DNA of 61,746 bases, filler included, from Chiloscyllium plagiosum (lineage: Eukaryota): NCBI RefSeq assembly GCF_004010195.1. It is 3 parts of one record of this genome, joined end to end, with 100 filler letters (N's around TTAATTAATTAA, not from the genome) between each part and the next. Parts side by side here need not be neighbours in the genome. Positions count along the whole stretch, not along the records: positions 1 to 30,898 come from NC_057717.1; 2 more parts are not named here. One strand, given 5' to 3'. Made by a program: the position numbers and the translations under genes. Position 1 is the first letter of the stretch, and every line of letters starts with the position of its first letter. The notes beneath the pieces were generated by a model that was not told where the DNA came from, made no database searches, and was given only the letters and a program-made list of their open reading frames with translations. Below, piece after piece: positions 12,674-24,969 of this stretch.

Positions 12674-13029
12674 GTAAGTCTCACTGTCCAGATTTTTTTT
12701 CTATAAATTAGTTATGGCTGCATGACTGTTCTTTCATATATTCTTCACTTCTTGCCACTATTATTGTTCATGTTGAGACTCTGAATCCAGATATTCACTC
12801 TGTAGACCACTATTAACTGCAGCAGTGAACTTGTTCAATTACTTTCTCCCTCCTTGCTTCTGGCAGTGTTACTCATGGGTCTCAATGTTGACCTACTCAG
12901 TTTCAGATGTGAACCATTGTCTCACTGTTCTTGTTATTTAAATATTGGGAGCGTGGAGCTGATTTACCTCTATAATGTTTACAAGCTCCATTTCCTTCCT
13001 GGGACTCCATCTCATCCTTGGCCAATTCT

Positions 13030-13260
13030 TTTTTCATTCATTTGTCGGACTTGGGCATTGCTGGCTGGCCCGCATTGATAGCCCATCCTTATTTGACCGT
13101 GAGAAGGTGATGGTGAGCTGCCTTCTTGAATCGCTGCAGTCCACTTGTTGTCGGTTGACCTATAATGCCGGTACGAAGGGAATTCCAGGAGTTTGACTCA
13201 ACTACCTTATATTTCTAAGTCAGGGTAGTAAGTGGCTTAAAGGGGAACTTGTAGGTGGTG
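13030..13260 (-). mobile_element. 3' fragment of a second (non-HER1) LINE family
   Basis: Resembles from memory a common shark LINE 3' end (gagaaggtgatggtgagctgccttcttgaa...); family not assigned. Confidence 0.55.
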
Positions 13261-13722
13261 GCTAAAACAGATGAATCACAACTTTGGTGATCCATTTGGC
13301 CATGAGCTGATTTCTAACACCATGGATTGACCATTATTAACTTTAACTACTCACTGCGACAGAATGTACTTCACTGACTTAATGATGACAACAATCTGCT
13401 GCTGACACTCTCGATTTGAAACCTGGAGAAACAAATCTGATTCGAACTCATCCCAAAATCCCATCCATCTGATATTCCTGCGCACGTTGATCTATATCGC
13501 TATTGTGTCTGGCAATGCCTTTATTTTAATAGTCTCAAACACTTTAACTCATCTGTCCAAGAAAGGTTCTCTCAGTCTCTCTGTGTCGATTATCCAAATC
13601 CCTGCGTGTGGTTCATATTTAACCTGGTTTCCTTCAAGTGTATTTTCTCTCAAACAATGATTTTTCACATTCAACTACCCCAAATACACGCCCCCAACAC
13701 AGACACACACACACACACACAC

Positions 13723-13924
13723 CTTATACTGGTCCAATGGAGATAGGAATCGTCCCCTGCTGTGTGTATCTGAGCTGTGTATCGTTCCCATGTGATAGTA
13801 AAGGTTTGCAATACTCCCCATGTTGGGCAGATAAACCAGTTTACTGTGCAATGCACTAGCGTAGTCTGCAGAGCGCTCCATGTTGGTCAGTCATCTTTTC
13901 CCAGTTTATGCTGTTTGAAGTGTT
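13723..13924 (-). other. Candidate exon, diverged paralog of 9653-9763 (ATG at 13881)
   Basis: Acceptor ttgttttcacag; ATG 43 nt after the acceptor as in the other copy; MERSADYASALHSKLVYLPNMG...DQYK ending at AAG|GTGTGT. Confidence 0.4.
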
Positions 13925-14218
13925 CTGTGAAAACAATTCAGAATTTGATGTAACAAACCATTTCAGCTGATCTGAAAATACCTTTATTCAATGTTCTCAT
14001 TCTTGTAATTTTGCGCTCTAATGGGTCAGTCCTCCAGTTAGTCCCACTATCCAGTCTTTTTTCTCCATATTTCTACAACATGTTCTCAGTTATTTAACTG
14101 TCTGTTTCTGTATTTAATGTGAATCTTTCTGTCATTCTGTATTTTTCCATGGCCTTGGTTTTTGGCTCCCTAGTGTATCGAGTGCTGACAGTGCGAAGCT
14201 CAGAAACAGTGAAATCGT

Positions 14219-14402
14219 GTGTCTTGGGCTGTTGTTAACTTCTCAGTGTGTCCCATGTGGTGTTCCATGTCGGGGGTGAGGGTGTGTGTCAGGCGGATGT
14301 TCACTTCCCGGTGTGTCCCATGTGGTGTTCCATGTTGGGTTTGGGTGTGTGTGTCGGGCTGTTGTTCACTTCCCGGTATTTCCTATGTGGTGCTCCATGT
14401 TG
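14219..14402. repeat. 65-bp tandem repeat, ~3 copies
   Basis: tcc(c/t)atgtggtg at 14251, 14316 and 14381. Confidence 0.9.
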
Positions 14403-14560
14403 GATAGAGGTTTCAGCGGTTTTGACTCACGTCTTTGGAAGATGGTCTATGCCTGTCCACTGAACGTCTGACTTTTGTGTTTGTCCCTCTGAGTTGAACG
14501 TGTGGTCAGCAACGTGGAGAATCCCCTTGAGTATTATTGTAAAGGACTAGGTATCTAACA

Positions 14561-17500
14561 TCTGCCAATGTTGTCACTTTAAAAAAAAAATATTGTCTCC
14601 TTTTCTTTAAAGAGAGATCTTAAAGGCCGAACTGCCTACTGCAACTGGCTGAAGTAAATAACATAGGAGGCGTTTAGGTTTTCTTTTATATAAATATTGA
14701 TTACAATGGCCAGCTCTCACAGACCAGGCTTTCCAGGTTTTCTGAGCTATAACTGTCACCAGGTGCTTGCAGTCGGAGATAGGTTGGATGCTTCAATAAA
14801 TGATCTCTCGCTACTATTCTCTCTGAAATCTGTCTTGATGCTATGTCCTCGTGGATTGGAAAACTGCGTGCAAGATTGATTGGCCTTGGGTGTGTCTTTC
14901 TGTCAAGGGATGAGATTATGGAATGTTAGTACATGGGAATATTTCATTACAAGACGGTACTGTATCTATTATTCACTTACGGTTCCCAGAGGTTAAGGTA
15001 TTCTAAACTTCTCTTCTTTTATATGTATTTTTATTTGAGTGTTTAAATAAACTGTGTTTTGCTTACGGTTGAGTGGTTTGACCAGCCGCATCACATCTGG
15101 ACTACCCATTTCACATCTACATTTACTGTAAGGTAGTGGGGCAACATGGTTGCTCAGTGGTTAGCACGGCTGCCTCACAACACAAGAGACTCGGGTTCAA
15201 TTTAACATGGCCATTTCGACTAACCTGGATTTCTTTGGGCTGTGTGTGGAAAATGGAGCACCTGGAGAAAACCCACGAGGGGACGGAGAGAATGTACACA
15301 GGGAGATTGTTGGGCTCAAAGGCAGGGTCTTATAGTTGTTAGTATCTCTTGGTCTGGGTGTTGAATTCGTCTGGTTTGTACAGTGATTTGTGTAGTAATG
15401 TCTATTTCTGTCTCGAAGAGTTTTCTGGGTTTGGAAGAAGTAAAGTTGGAGATTTTACAAAAGGTGAGCAAAGCAAAGCTTTTAGAATTGGCAGAGAAGC
15501 TGGAGTTGGGTTTGTGTTTTTCTGTGAGAAAAGGAGTGACAATTGCAGCTGTAGCTTGTCATTTAAAGTTTGGCGGAACCACCATCAGAATCTTTGGTAA
15601 TGGCTAGAATTCAATTGCAGATGAGGCAGCTTGAACACAAAAAGGAATTGAGACAGTTTGAATTAAGATTAAAAGTAGAATTAAAAGAAGAGGAGAGGAA
15701 GAAGAAAGACAAAAAAATGAAGAAAAGCAGAAAGAGAGAGAGTTTCAACTTCAAACGCTAGCAATTTGAGAGGAAAGTCGACTGAGCAGGGTGGAGATGA
15801 AGATAGATGGTAGGCGGATGAGGAGGATAGTGAGGATGAACAACTCTATGGTAGCCAAATACCTGATGGGGATCTGTTCAAATATGTACAGGCATTGTTT
15901 AAATTTGATGAAAAGTATGTAGAAGACATTTTAATTTCATTTGAGAAAGTTGCTAAACTGATGCACTGGCCACTGACCATGTGGGTTTAGTTAATCCAAA
16001 CAAAGCTGGTCGGTATAAGAAGTAAGGTATTTGCTTCCTATCGGAAGAGGTATCTGGAGAGTAAGAGGAGGTGAAGAAAGACATCTGAAGTGCATATGAG
16101 CTTATGCCAGAAGCCCACAGTCAGTAATTTAGAATGTAAAATTGTGTAACTGGTTAAACGTACATTGAGTTTGAAAGGATTAAACAAAGTAATTTTGAAA
16201 GGTGAGTCAGGGTATTAAAAAACAGAGCAACCTATGACACTCCTAGAGAGACTATTACTTTGGAGACTTCAAAAACTCACTTCCTGCAGTCGTGAAAACT
16301 CGTGGGGAAGAGTGGAGAGTTGAAATGGCATGATTAGAATCTAAAATGGCTGATGATCATCGGTTGGTCCATAAATCAAAGTTTGGCTTCTGGGAGGGCT
16401 TGAGAAGAATGTGCAAGATCTAAAAATATATACCTGTGTGTAAAGTTTTGTGGCATAGGCCAGGTTTAGCAGGTAAAGGGGTTACAGCATTAAGACGTAC
16501 AGAAACATCTAAATCCTTTAATCTGAGACATGATCCCTGGTTAAAACGTCATTGAGTTTGAAAGGATCAAACAAAGTAATTTTGAAAGGTGAGTCAGGGT
16601 ATTAAAAACAGAGCAACTATAACACTCTTAGAGAGGTTCTTACTTTGGCGGAGTTTAAAAAAAACTCACTTCCTGCAGTCGTGAGAACTCATGTGGAAGA
16701 GCAGAGAGTTGAAATGGCATGATTAGAATCTGAAATGGCTAATGGCCATCCTCACTATCCTCCTCATTCAACCCACCGTCTACCTACATCTCCAAACTGC
16801 TAAGTCGATTCCCTTTCAAGTTGCTAACTTTTGAAGTTGAAACTTTCTCGCTTTATGCTTTTCTTCTTTCTTTTTTATCTTTCTTCTTCCTCTCCTCTTC
16901 TTTTAATTCTACTTTTAATCTTAATTCAAACTGTCTCAATTCCTTTTTGTGTTCAAGCTGCCTCATCTGCAATTGAATTCTAGCCATTACCAAAGATTCT
17001 GATGGTGGTTCCGCCAAACTTTAAATGACAAGCTACAGCTGCAATTGTCACTCCTTTTCTCACAGAAAAACACAAACCCAACTCCAGCTTCTCTGCCAAT
17101 TGGACCATAAATCAAAGTTTAGCTTCTGGGAGGGCTTGAGAAGAATGTGCAAGATCTAAAAATGTATACCTGTGCGTAAGGTTTCGTGGCATATGCCAGG
17201 AGTAGCAGGTAAAGGGGTTACAGCATTAAGAGGTACAGAAAGATGTAATTCTTTTAAGCTGAGACATGAGGAGATATGTCATTGAGAAGGACTATGAGGG
17301 AGAAGAGAAGTGCTCCATTATTTAACGTGTGGTTGGAGTGTCCAGTGGAAACATCAACAGAAATATTTCACAATTGGGAAGGATGCCTTGTGCTTGGTGT
17401 TGGCGTTACAATATTTCAGCATTTAAATTGCCAATAACGTGTCTGAGACAAGTATACATATACTGATCATAACGCCTGAAGGCTTTTAGAGAAATTTAGG

Positions 17501-18455
17501 AAGAATACTTCCAATCTGTTCAGATAGAGTTATTATTTTTGCCATTCAATTTGGAAGTTATACAAGTGACAGGACGAGAAACTGTACTTGCTGACAAGTT
17601 GTCGAGACTTGGATGAAGGAAAACAGAAGCGTTCTGTGGCAGAAGTAAACTTACTGAAATAGAATGAAGTTGTGAATGTTTGCATACTTAGTGTCAATGC
17701 AATACTATGTATTGTAGTCTACTGAACCAATACGAATAATGGGGTTAAAAATGAGGCCATCTTTGTATATTGCTGGTTGTTTTATTTTCAAACGGATAGT
17801 TGTGACCATGCTATCACTTTTAAAAACTTATTTTCTCTTGGGTTTGTTTTTTTTGAAAAGAGGTCTTAAAGGCAGAAATGCCGAACTTCCGCCTGAAAAC
17901 AGCTTAAGTAAATAACTGAGAAGGCCTTTAGGTTTTATTAAAATGTTGGTAACAAAGGAAGGGCAGTGGCCACCTCTCCCAGACCAGGTTTCCTCGTTTT
18001 GTTTTTAGCTGCAGCATTCAGAAGTTGCTTGGGATACCAGAAGGGTTGGAAGTTTCAATACATGATCACCAGCTGCTATTCTCTATGAAAACTCGCTTAG
18101 AGTTGCTTCCTACTGGATTGAAATACTGCACATACGATTTTGTGTTTGAATTTACCTTTATGCCGGCGGTTTGTTTATGGGATGTTCCTGTATTAGCACA
18201 GTTAATTAGTAGAAGGCACCGTATATATTGTTTGCATAGGTATTCCAGGAGAGAAGCTATCCAAAAATTTTCTTCTCCTTGATTGTGTCTTAATTGGAAC
18301 TTTTGAATGGATTGCATTTTGCTTCACATTGAGTGAGTGATCAGTTGCAACCCATCTGGAACACACAATTCACATCTACACTTAAAATAAGGAAAAGGTA
18401 AGGTCGAGGCTCCCAGTTTAAAATATTTTGAGGTGGTCTGGCCTGGTCCATAACA
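14561..18455 (+). mobile_element. Decayed Gypsy LTR retrotransposon (Gmr1-like) with internal deletion and rearrangement
   Basis: Related LTRs at ~14561-15135 and 17801-18455 (TG...CA). Gag relic from ~15398 (DLFKYVQALFKFDEKYVEDILISFEKVAKLMHWP). RNase H C-terminus YTDHN...VTGRETVLADKLSRLG* is the last domain before the 3' LTR. Confidence 0.85.
15136..15300. mobile_element. tRNA-derived HE1/V-SINE-like element, internally inverted
   Basis: Pol III A box (tgctcagtggttagc) and B box (gggttcaatt) on +, followed by SINE body in reverse orientation (gagcacctggagaaaacccacg). Confidence 0.7.
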
Positions 18456-18714
18456 CCTGTAGCTGCGGGGCTTCTGATTGCCTCCTGTTATTGAAAAGTT
18501 AGTGGAGGGGCTGGGGATGGTTTGTTGGAGGTTGTGCTGTGAGTTGTCTCAGATATTCAGGGAGACCTGAGGATTTGGTGAACCAACTCTGTGTGGAGCC
18601 TGGGGACTGTAGTTACAGCATCTGGGTGTGTAACATGAACAACAAATGAAGCAGAGACTGCAGAGAAGGGAAGCTCTGAAACTACGGAGTTAGTGTGTGT
18701 GGGGAAAGCGATCT

Positions 18715-19350
18715 GCTGGATCCACCAGGTGTTTTCCAGGAACAGATTCCCATGCTCCACTTAACCCAGGAGCAGAGTGTGAGGGGTCCCTGACTGAACA
18801 AGGAGTTGTGCATAGAGCGGGGTGTCACCTCCTTCAACACGACCTGCAGCTTCACACCAGGGGGAGGGTGGTGCTGCCAGTGGCTGTGAGGGTCACAGTT
18901 TCAGTCAGCTTCTATGATCCAGAACTTCCCAGGCAGGACTGGGACATAACCATCATCTCCTAATATCTCAGCATCAATGTCACCATTTGGTGACGGAGGA
19001 TATACATGCTGGATGAGGTGAGTGTTTTCTCTCTCAGCAGAGAATTGCCGGGTGTATCCGTGTTTTCTCAGCATAGCAGGATTCCCGATGATGTACATGG
19101 CGCTGTGGGGTCCCCATGTTAATGAGGAGAGCTGCAGGAACTGAAGGAACTCTAACCTCATTAATGTTACAGTGCGTCCATGCACAGTACAGTATGTTGG
19201 TGAATACCACTGTCCTGGTAGCAGCCACTGCCTCTTCATTCAGAAACAGTCAGCCATTCCCATCATCTTTGAGTCTCCATTCGGAAAGAAAGGATAGCCT
19301 TTCGGATAACGGCTGTCTCCTTGGTACACGGCTCAAAACACCCTCCCCCT
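18715..19350 (+). mobile_element. Degenerate PIF/Harbinger (HARBI1-like) DDE transposase
   Basis: Pieces across frameshifts: PPGVFQEQIPMLHLTQEQSVR, CHLLQHDLQLHTRGRVVLPVAVRVTVSVSFY, SIAGFP, PGSSHCLFIQKQSAIP, DNGCLLGTRLKTP (compare LPVAVKVT.ALNFY, IAGFP, PGS.HD, GDKGYPL..WLMTP). Confidence 0.8.
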
Positions 19351-20760
19351 GACCACTCCCCACCGCCAACTAACCACATTAAACTATCCCGTGTGTACTG
19401 AGAGCAATGGGTCCACTGGGAATGCCAGGGAGCAAACCGTCAGGGAGATGGAGCAACACTTCCCATGTCTGAATGGGAAGTACACTTTGTATCACTTTGT
19501 CGTGTAATCCCTCTCCATTTCAGAAACATATCGCCTTCTATTCTTCCTGAAAAAGCTGGCAGGTAATATATTCCATTATATTGTACTTGATAAAGTATTA
19601 TTCATTGACTTTACCTTTCATATCAATTTGCAGACTCTACACATTCTCTTGATAACTTAATGTCTTGCTTATCTTAGTGTCATCACCAAACTTAGTAGCA
19701 GCACATCGGTTCTATCATCTTGATCATTGATATCTATTGTAAACAGTTGAGGACCTTGCACTGGTCACTATGTGTCAACACTGTCACGTTCTGTGGAACT
19801 GATTAAGACAGATTTATCTGGAGTGCCTGCTTCCTGTCTGATAACCAGTCCTGCCCATTCCTGTGTAATAACGTCGAAGGGCTGAATAAGAACGAAGAGC
19901 ATCAGTCAGCAATCCACCCCGATGAGTCTGTTCCGCCATTGAATACAATCATGGTTGACATCATCGTGGTCTCAGTCCAACGTTCCTGCACACTCTCCAT
20001 ACCCCTTTATTTACTCAATTTCCCAGCATCCCCTGCAATCTGAGGTAGTGAATTACACAGAGTCACAAACCTTTGTGATAAGTAAGTTCTCCTTACCCCT
20101 CTTTTATATCTGATCTGCCTTATCCTAAAACTATGATCTCTTGTTCTAGTGTTCCCCACAATAGGAAATATCCACTCCACACCGACATTGTCAATCACCT
20201 TTAACATCCTCCAGACCTCAATGAGGTCTCCTCTCATTCTTCTTACCTCCAGAGAGTATAGGACTGAACTGCTCAAATTCTCTTTAAAAGAAAAATTCAT
20301 ATCTGGAATCAATCTAATTAATTGATCAGTAACTTCATTGTAACTATATACCTTCTGCAATCAGGGCAGCAAACCTGAACACATTATGTCAGTTACAGTC
20401 TCCCTAATACCTTGCAGAATTGCAGTAATTCTTCCCTCCCTTTATACTCTATTCTATTACAAGTAAATGCTGAAATTGCACTTGCCTTTCTCATTCCCTG
20501 CTGTACCCCCATGTAAGTTTTCGGTGGTATGCAGAAGGACACCCAGATGCCTCTGCACATATGCACTCTGATGTTGCTCTCCATGTCCATAACATGTTCG
20601 ATTCCTCTGACCAAAATGGTTAATCCCATATTATCCACTCATCTAAACTGTTCATGTCCATTTCTAAATGTTCTACTTCTTCATTACATCAACCTACTTT
20701 TCCACTTGTTTTAGTGTCAGCTGAAAATGTGGCTTTAGTGTTTTCTCTCCTCTCATCCAA

Positions 20761-21195
20761 GTGAGGAAGTGAGGACTGCAGATGTGGAGACCAGGGTTGA
20801 AAAGTGTGGTGCTGGAAAGGCCAGCAGGCCAGGCAGCATCCGAGGAGCAGGAGAATCGACTTTTCGGGCATAAGCCCTTCTTCAGGAATGAGGCTGCTGT
20901 GCTAAGCGGGCTGAGTTAACAGGTAGGGGGGAATTTGGGGCAGGGGCGCTGGGAATACGATAGGTGGAAGGAGGTGAGGGTGAGGGTGACAGGCCGGAGA
21001 GGGGGTGAGGCGGAGAGGTCGGGAAGAAGATTGCAGGTCAAGAGGGCGGTGTTGCATCTGGGGGTTGGGACTGAGATAAGGTGGGAGGAGGGGAAATGAG
21101 GAAGCTGGAGAAATCTACATTCCCGAAACGTCGATTCTCCTGCTCCTCGGATGATGCCTGGCCTGCCGCGCCTTTCCAGCACCACACTTTTCAAC
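20761..21195 (-). mobile_element. Non-autonomous Penelope 3' end with inverted terminal copy and target-site duplication
   Basis: Terminal repeat at 20761-20890 (-), partial inverted copy at 21121-21195; flanked by CTCTCATCCAA at 20750-20760 and 21195-21205. Confidence 0.85.
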
Positions 21196-21205
21196 TCTCA
21201 TCCAA

Positions 21206-22289
21206 ATGATACAATAAATGGTAAATTTTCAGGTCATGTGGTCTGAACTCTATGGAACCCCAAAAGTTGTCAACCATGAACGAAACAACTATCCAATCTC
21301 TCTGCATTTTGTTGGCTCACCAGCCCTCTATCTAGGAGAATGACCTCCTCTCAAACCCATGTCCTCTTATTTTACAGCTTACTATTTTGTGCAGCGTTTA
21401 ATCAGTCCCTTTTCAAAGCTCAGGTACTTTACTTCTCCAGGATCTCTATTGTCTACTCTCTTAAAAGATGTGACAAGCAACGTAGACAATGGAATTGGCT
21501 GTGTAATTGGCTTCTGTTGCAGACTCTTTCCGGTGTTCTATGCAAAAAAAAGATCATCCTTCATTTTGTAAACTCTAATGCATATTGTATCAAACTGATC
21601 ATCCTTTCCTTATAAGTTAACCCCTTGATTGCAGGGATCAGTTGAGGCAACTATCTCTGAGCTGCTTCCAACAAAACAATATCCTTTCTTCACTAAGGAG
21701 ACTAAATCTGGACATACTTCTTCAGATGTGATCTGATTAAGATCCTGATGATACAATAAATGGTAAATTTTCAGGTCATGTGGTCTGAACTCTATGGAAC
21801 CCCAAAAGTTGCCAACCATGAACGAAACAACTATCCAATCTCTCTGCATTTTGTTGGCTCACCAGCCCTCTATCTAGGAGAATGACCTCCTCTCAAACCC
21901 GTGTCCTCTTATTTTACAGCTTACTATTTCGTGCAGCGTTTAATCAGTCCCTTTTCAAAGCTCAGGTACTTTGCTTCTCCAGGATCTCTATTGTATACTC
22001 TCTTAAAAGATGTGACAAGCAAAGTAGGCAATGGAATTGGCTGTGTAATTGGCTTCTGTTGCAGACTCTTTCCAGTGTTCTATGCAAAAAAAAGATCATC
22101 CTTCATTTTGTAAACTCTAATGCATATTGTATCAAACTTATCATCCTTTCCTTATATGTTAACCTCTTGATTGCAGGAATCCGTTGAGGGAACCATCTCT
22201 GAGCTGCTTCCAACAAAACAATATCCTTTCTTCAATAAGGAGACTAAATCTGTACATACTTCTTCAGATGTGATCTGATTAAGATCCTG
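21206..22289. repeat. Recent 542-bp tandem duplication (2 copies)
   Basis: atgatacaataaatgg at 21206 and 21748; near-identical ORFs at 21340 and 21882. Confidence 0.95.
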
Positions 22290-22672
22290 AACAACATCAG
22301 CAACACTTTACCAACCTGATGTAAAGTTCCCACCCAGTTTAGAGCAGTCTCAGCTGTCTGGGGGAATGCATAGCATTGTTGAAAGATCATTGTCCTTCTC
22401 TACTCCACCAGCATAACGGGAGATCTGGTGAAAATGTCATAACAACACTTGGGAAGAATGAATAACGTGACGAGATTATCTCAACGTCCAAATAGGCATC
22501 ACCAAATATTTCATGTGAACCTACCATTAATCTCGCCAGAGGCCACATCAGTCAGATTCCACAGAATCTGGTAAGGTGAAGCTTAGAAACAGCAAGGAGA
22601 AGCAAAGATTGATGGGAGTTATATATCAAAGTGAAAGTTGCAATACAAATGTTGGGTATGTTACAAAACATC

Positions 22673-22897
22673 GAGGAGAAAGTGAGGACTGCAGATGCTG
22701 GAGATCAGAGCTGAAAATGTGTTGCTGGAAAAGCACAGCAGGTCAGGCAGCATCCAAGGAGCAGGAGAATCGACGTTTTGGGCATGAGCCCTTCTTCAGA
22801 AACTTCCTGAAGAAGGGCTCATGCCCGAAACGTCGATTCTCCTGCTCCTTGGATGCTACCTGACCTGCTGTGCTTCTCCAGCAACTCATTTTCAGCT
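22673..22897. mobile_element. Fold-back element made of two inverted Penelope terminal repeats, with 14-bp TSD
   Basis: Arms 22709-22799 and 22807-22897 are near-perfect reverse complements; TATGTTA(C/T)AAAACA at 22657-22670 and 22897-22910. Confidence 0.9.
22803..22840 (+). ncRNA. Minimal type I hammerhead-ribozyme-like motif in a Penelope terminal repeat
   Basis: ttc-CTGAAGA-a-GGGC-tcat-GCCC-GAAA-cg-TC-ga: conserved core boxes, 4-bp stem II, very short palindromic stem III (ACGT), weak stem I. Confidence 0.65.
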
Positions 22898-24969
22898 ATG
22901 TTATAAAACAGGAAACTAGATACCCAGGTGTATGCGTACCACAGTAATAATGAACAATTTGTAGCTGCATCTAAACTGCGTTAACCCACGTGAATAATAA
23001 TGCAGGGAAAAGGGATTTCATGAGCGTATTTGAGATGGTTTTATTTAACAGTATGTTGAGCGCTGAGGTGGAGATCAGGCTGTTTTGACATTGGTGTTAT
23101 GTGATCGGAAGTGCTAATTGAAAACCCTGCTGAAAAGGAGGCTTCGGGAATAGTAATTATAATTTATTGAATTTTATATGACGTCTGACTACAAAACATT
23201 TTTTTTAAAATTATGGTCATAAACCTGAGTCATGCAAATTCACGAAAATATAGGCGCAAATTAGCTTTATTGAATTGGAGAAGTACACGAGAAAGATTTA
23301 ATGGAAGACAGGCAATGGTTGTTGTTTAAATAAACACCTTAAAATGTACAATATACACATGTCCACCACAGTTCAAACAGCAAAGGGTTAAGGTGACTTA
23401 ACAATATCTAACAAAAGAAGTTAAAGGTTGTATTAGATCAAAGGAAGCAGCTCAGAAAAACTCCGGATATTGTTGTAAGCCATGGATTCAGAGATATTTG
23501 AGGACCAATGAACTGATAAGGAAATTTAAAAAAGAATGCAAACGAAAAGAAGCATAAGGATGATCAAACGCTTCTCTCGATACTTGTTGGGAAAGTGAAG
23601 GCAAGGACACGTGCGGAATGGTGAATATCCACACAAGATTATTTCTTGCAGAGAACTAGGAAATTGCAGAGAAACTAAACAGTTACTTTCATGCCTATCT
23701 TATTAGAGGCAAGATTAACTGATGGAGAAACTCAGTTTGTGTTCTCCAGTGATTACCAAAATGAAAGGAGAATGCAGTGAAGCTTAGAAAGTTCGCACGG
23801 AGAGACGGACTGGCACAGGGACAGGGAGATATGTTGCCAGGAAAGGGTATGGAGAATCCCAAGATGTTCTCCACGTACATCAATCAGAACAGAATAACCA
23901 GAAAACAACTAGGGCCCATTAGAGACCAAGGGAGCACTCTGTGTGTGAAGCTGGAGGGCATTGATCGATTGCTCTATATCTGTTTTACTTCGGAGAAGGA
24001 GATTGCAGGGACAGAATTAAAGAAGATGGATTGGGAAGCTCTGAAACAGACTGATATGAGATGTGAGCAGAGATCAGAGGCTGTGGCTGGTACAAAATAG
24101 TACTCATTGCCAGGTCTGGATGAGTTGTATCACAGGCTGCTGTTAGAGACAAAGGAATAAAGGCCCTGACTCAAATTTTTAAGTCGAATCTGGCCACAGG
24201 GAAGTTGGAGCTGCCAGATGACTGGAGAACGACTAATGTGGTCCCACATTACAGGAAGGATAGTGGAAATAGAACGGAGAACTTTAAACCAGTCAGTATT
24301 AGATCAGTGTTAGGACAAGTACTGGAGAAAAGAGGAAAGGAGAAAATTGATCTCTATTTAGGGAGGCAAGGTTTAATTAAGGATAGTCTGTATGACATCA
24401 TCAGAGGGAAATCATACCAAATGAATGTTATTGTATATTTTCGAGCTTGTTGTTTATATGGTTTTTCAGTAAGGCCTTTGACAAAGGCCATATGGGAAAC
24501 TGATTTAAAAAAAATGTCATGATATCAAGGGTAACTTAGTGAGTGACATCAAACATTGTCTTATTGTCAGGAGACAGAGGGTGGAGGCAAAGGGTTGTTT
24601 GTGTGACTGGAGACCAGTGTCCCCTGGTGTACCACAGGGGTCTGTGCTGTGTCCCTTATTATTTGTGGCATTCATAAATGATCCCGAAATGAATGTGTAG
24701 GGGGATGGGGGAGTGTGATAATTAAGTTTGTATTTGACACAAAGATTGGCCGGATGGTTGGCAGTGAGGAGGAAGGCCTTATGTTACAGGAAGATACAAA
24801 TGGAATGGTCAGATGGTCAGATGGATGGTAACCCTGATAAATATGAGGTGATGTACTTTGGAAGAAGGAACCAAAAATCGGAGTATACAATGAATGGCAG
24901 CTCACGAGGAAGCTCAGAGGGTGTTTCTCCACAGATCCCTGAATGTGACTGCACAGGTTAACAAGTTAG

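Larger units (their letters stand above)
19490..22310 (-). mobile_element. Old CR1 fragments interrupted by a Penelope-derived insert
   Basis: YSLEVRRMRGDLIEVWRMLK...TRTRDHSFRI in ORF 20007-20360; decayed RT-like sequence on both sides. Confidence 0.75.

Noticed and set aside
15136..15205. tRNA gene
   Set aside because: A and B boxes only; no cloverleaf, and it continues into SINE body.
18901..19239. Minus-strand ORF with W/YC residues suggesting an Ig domain
   Set aside because: No Ig Cys-Trp-Cys spacing; it is the antisense of the Harbinger transposase relic.
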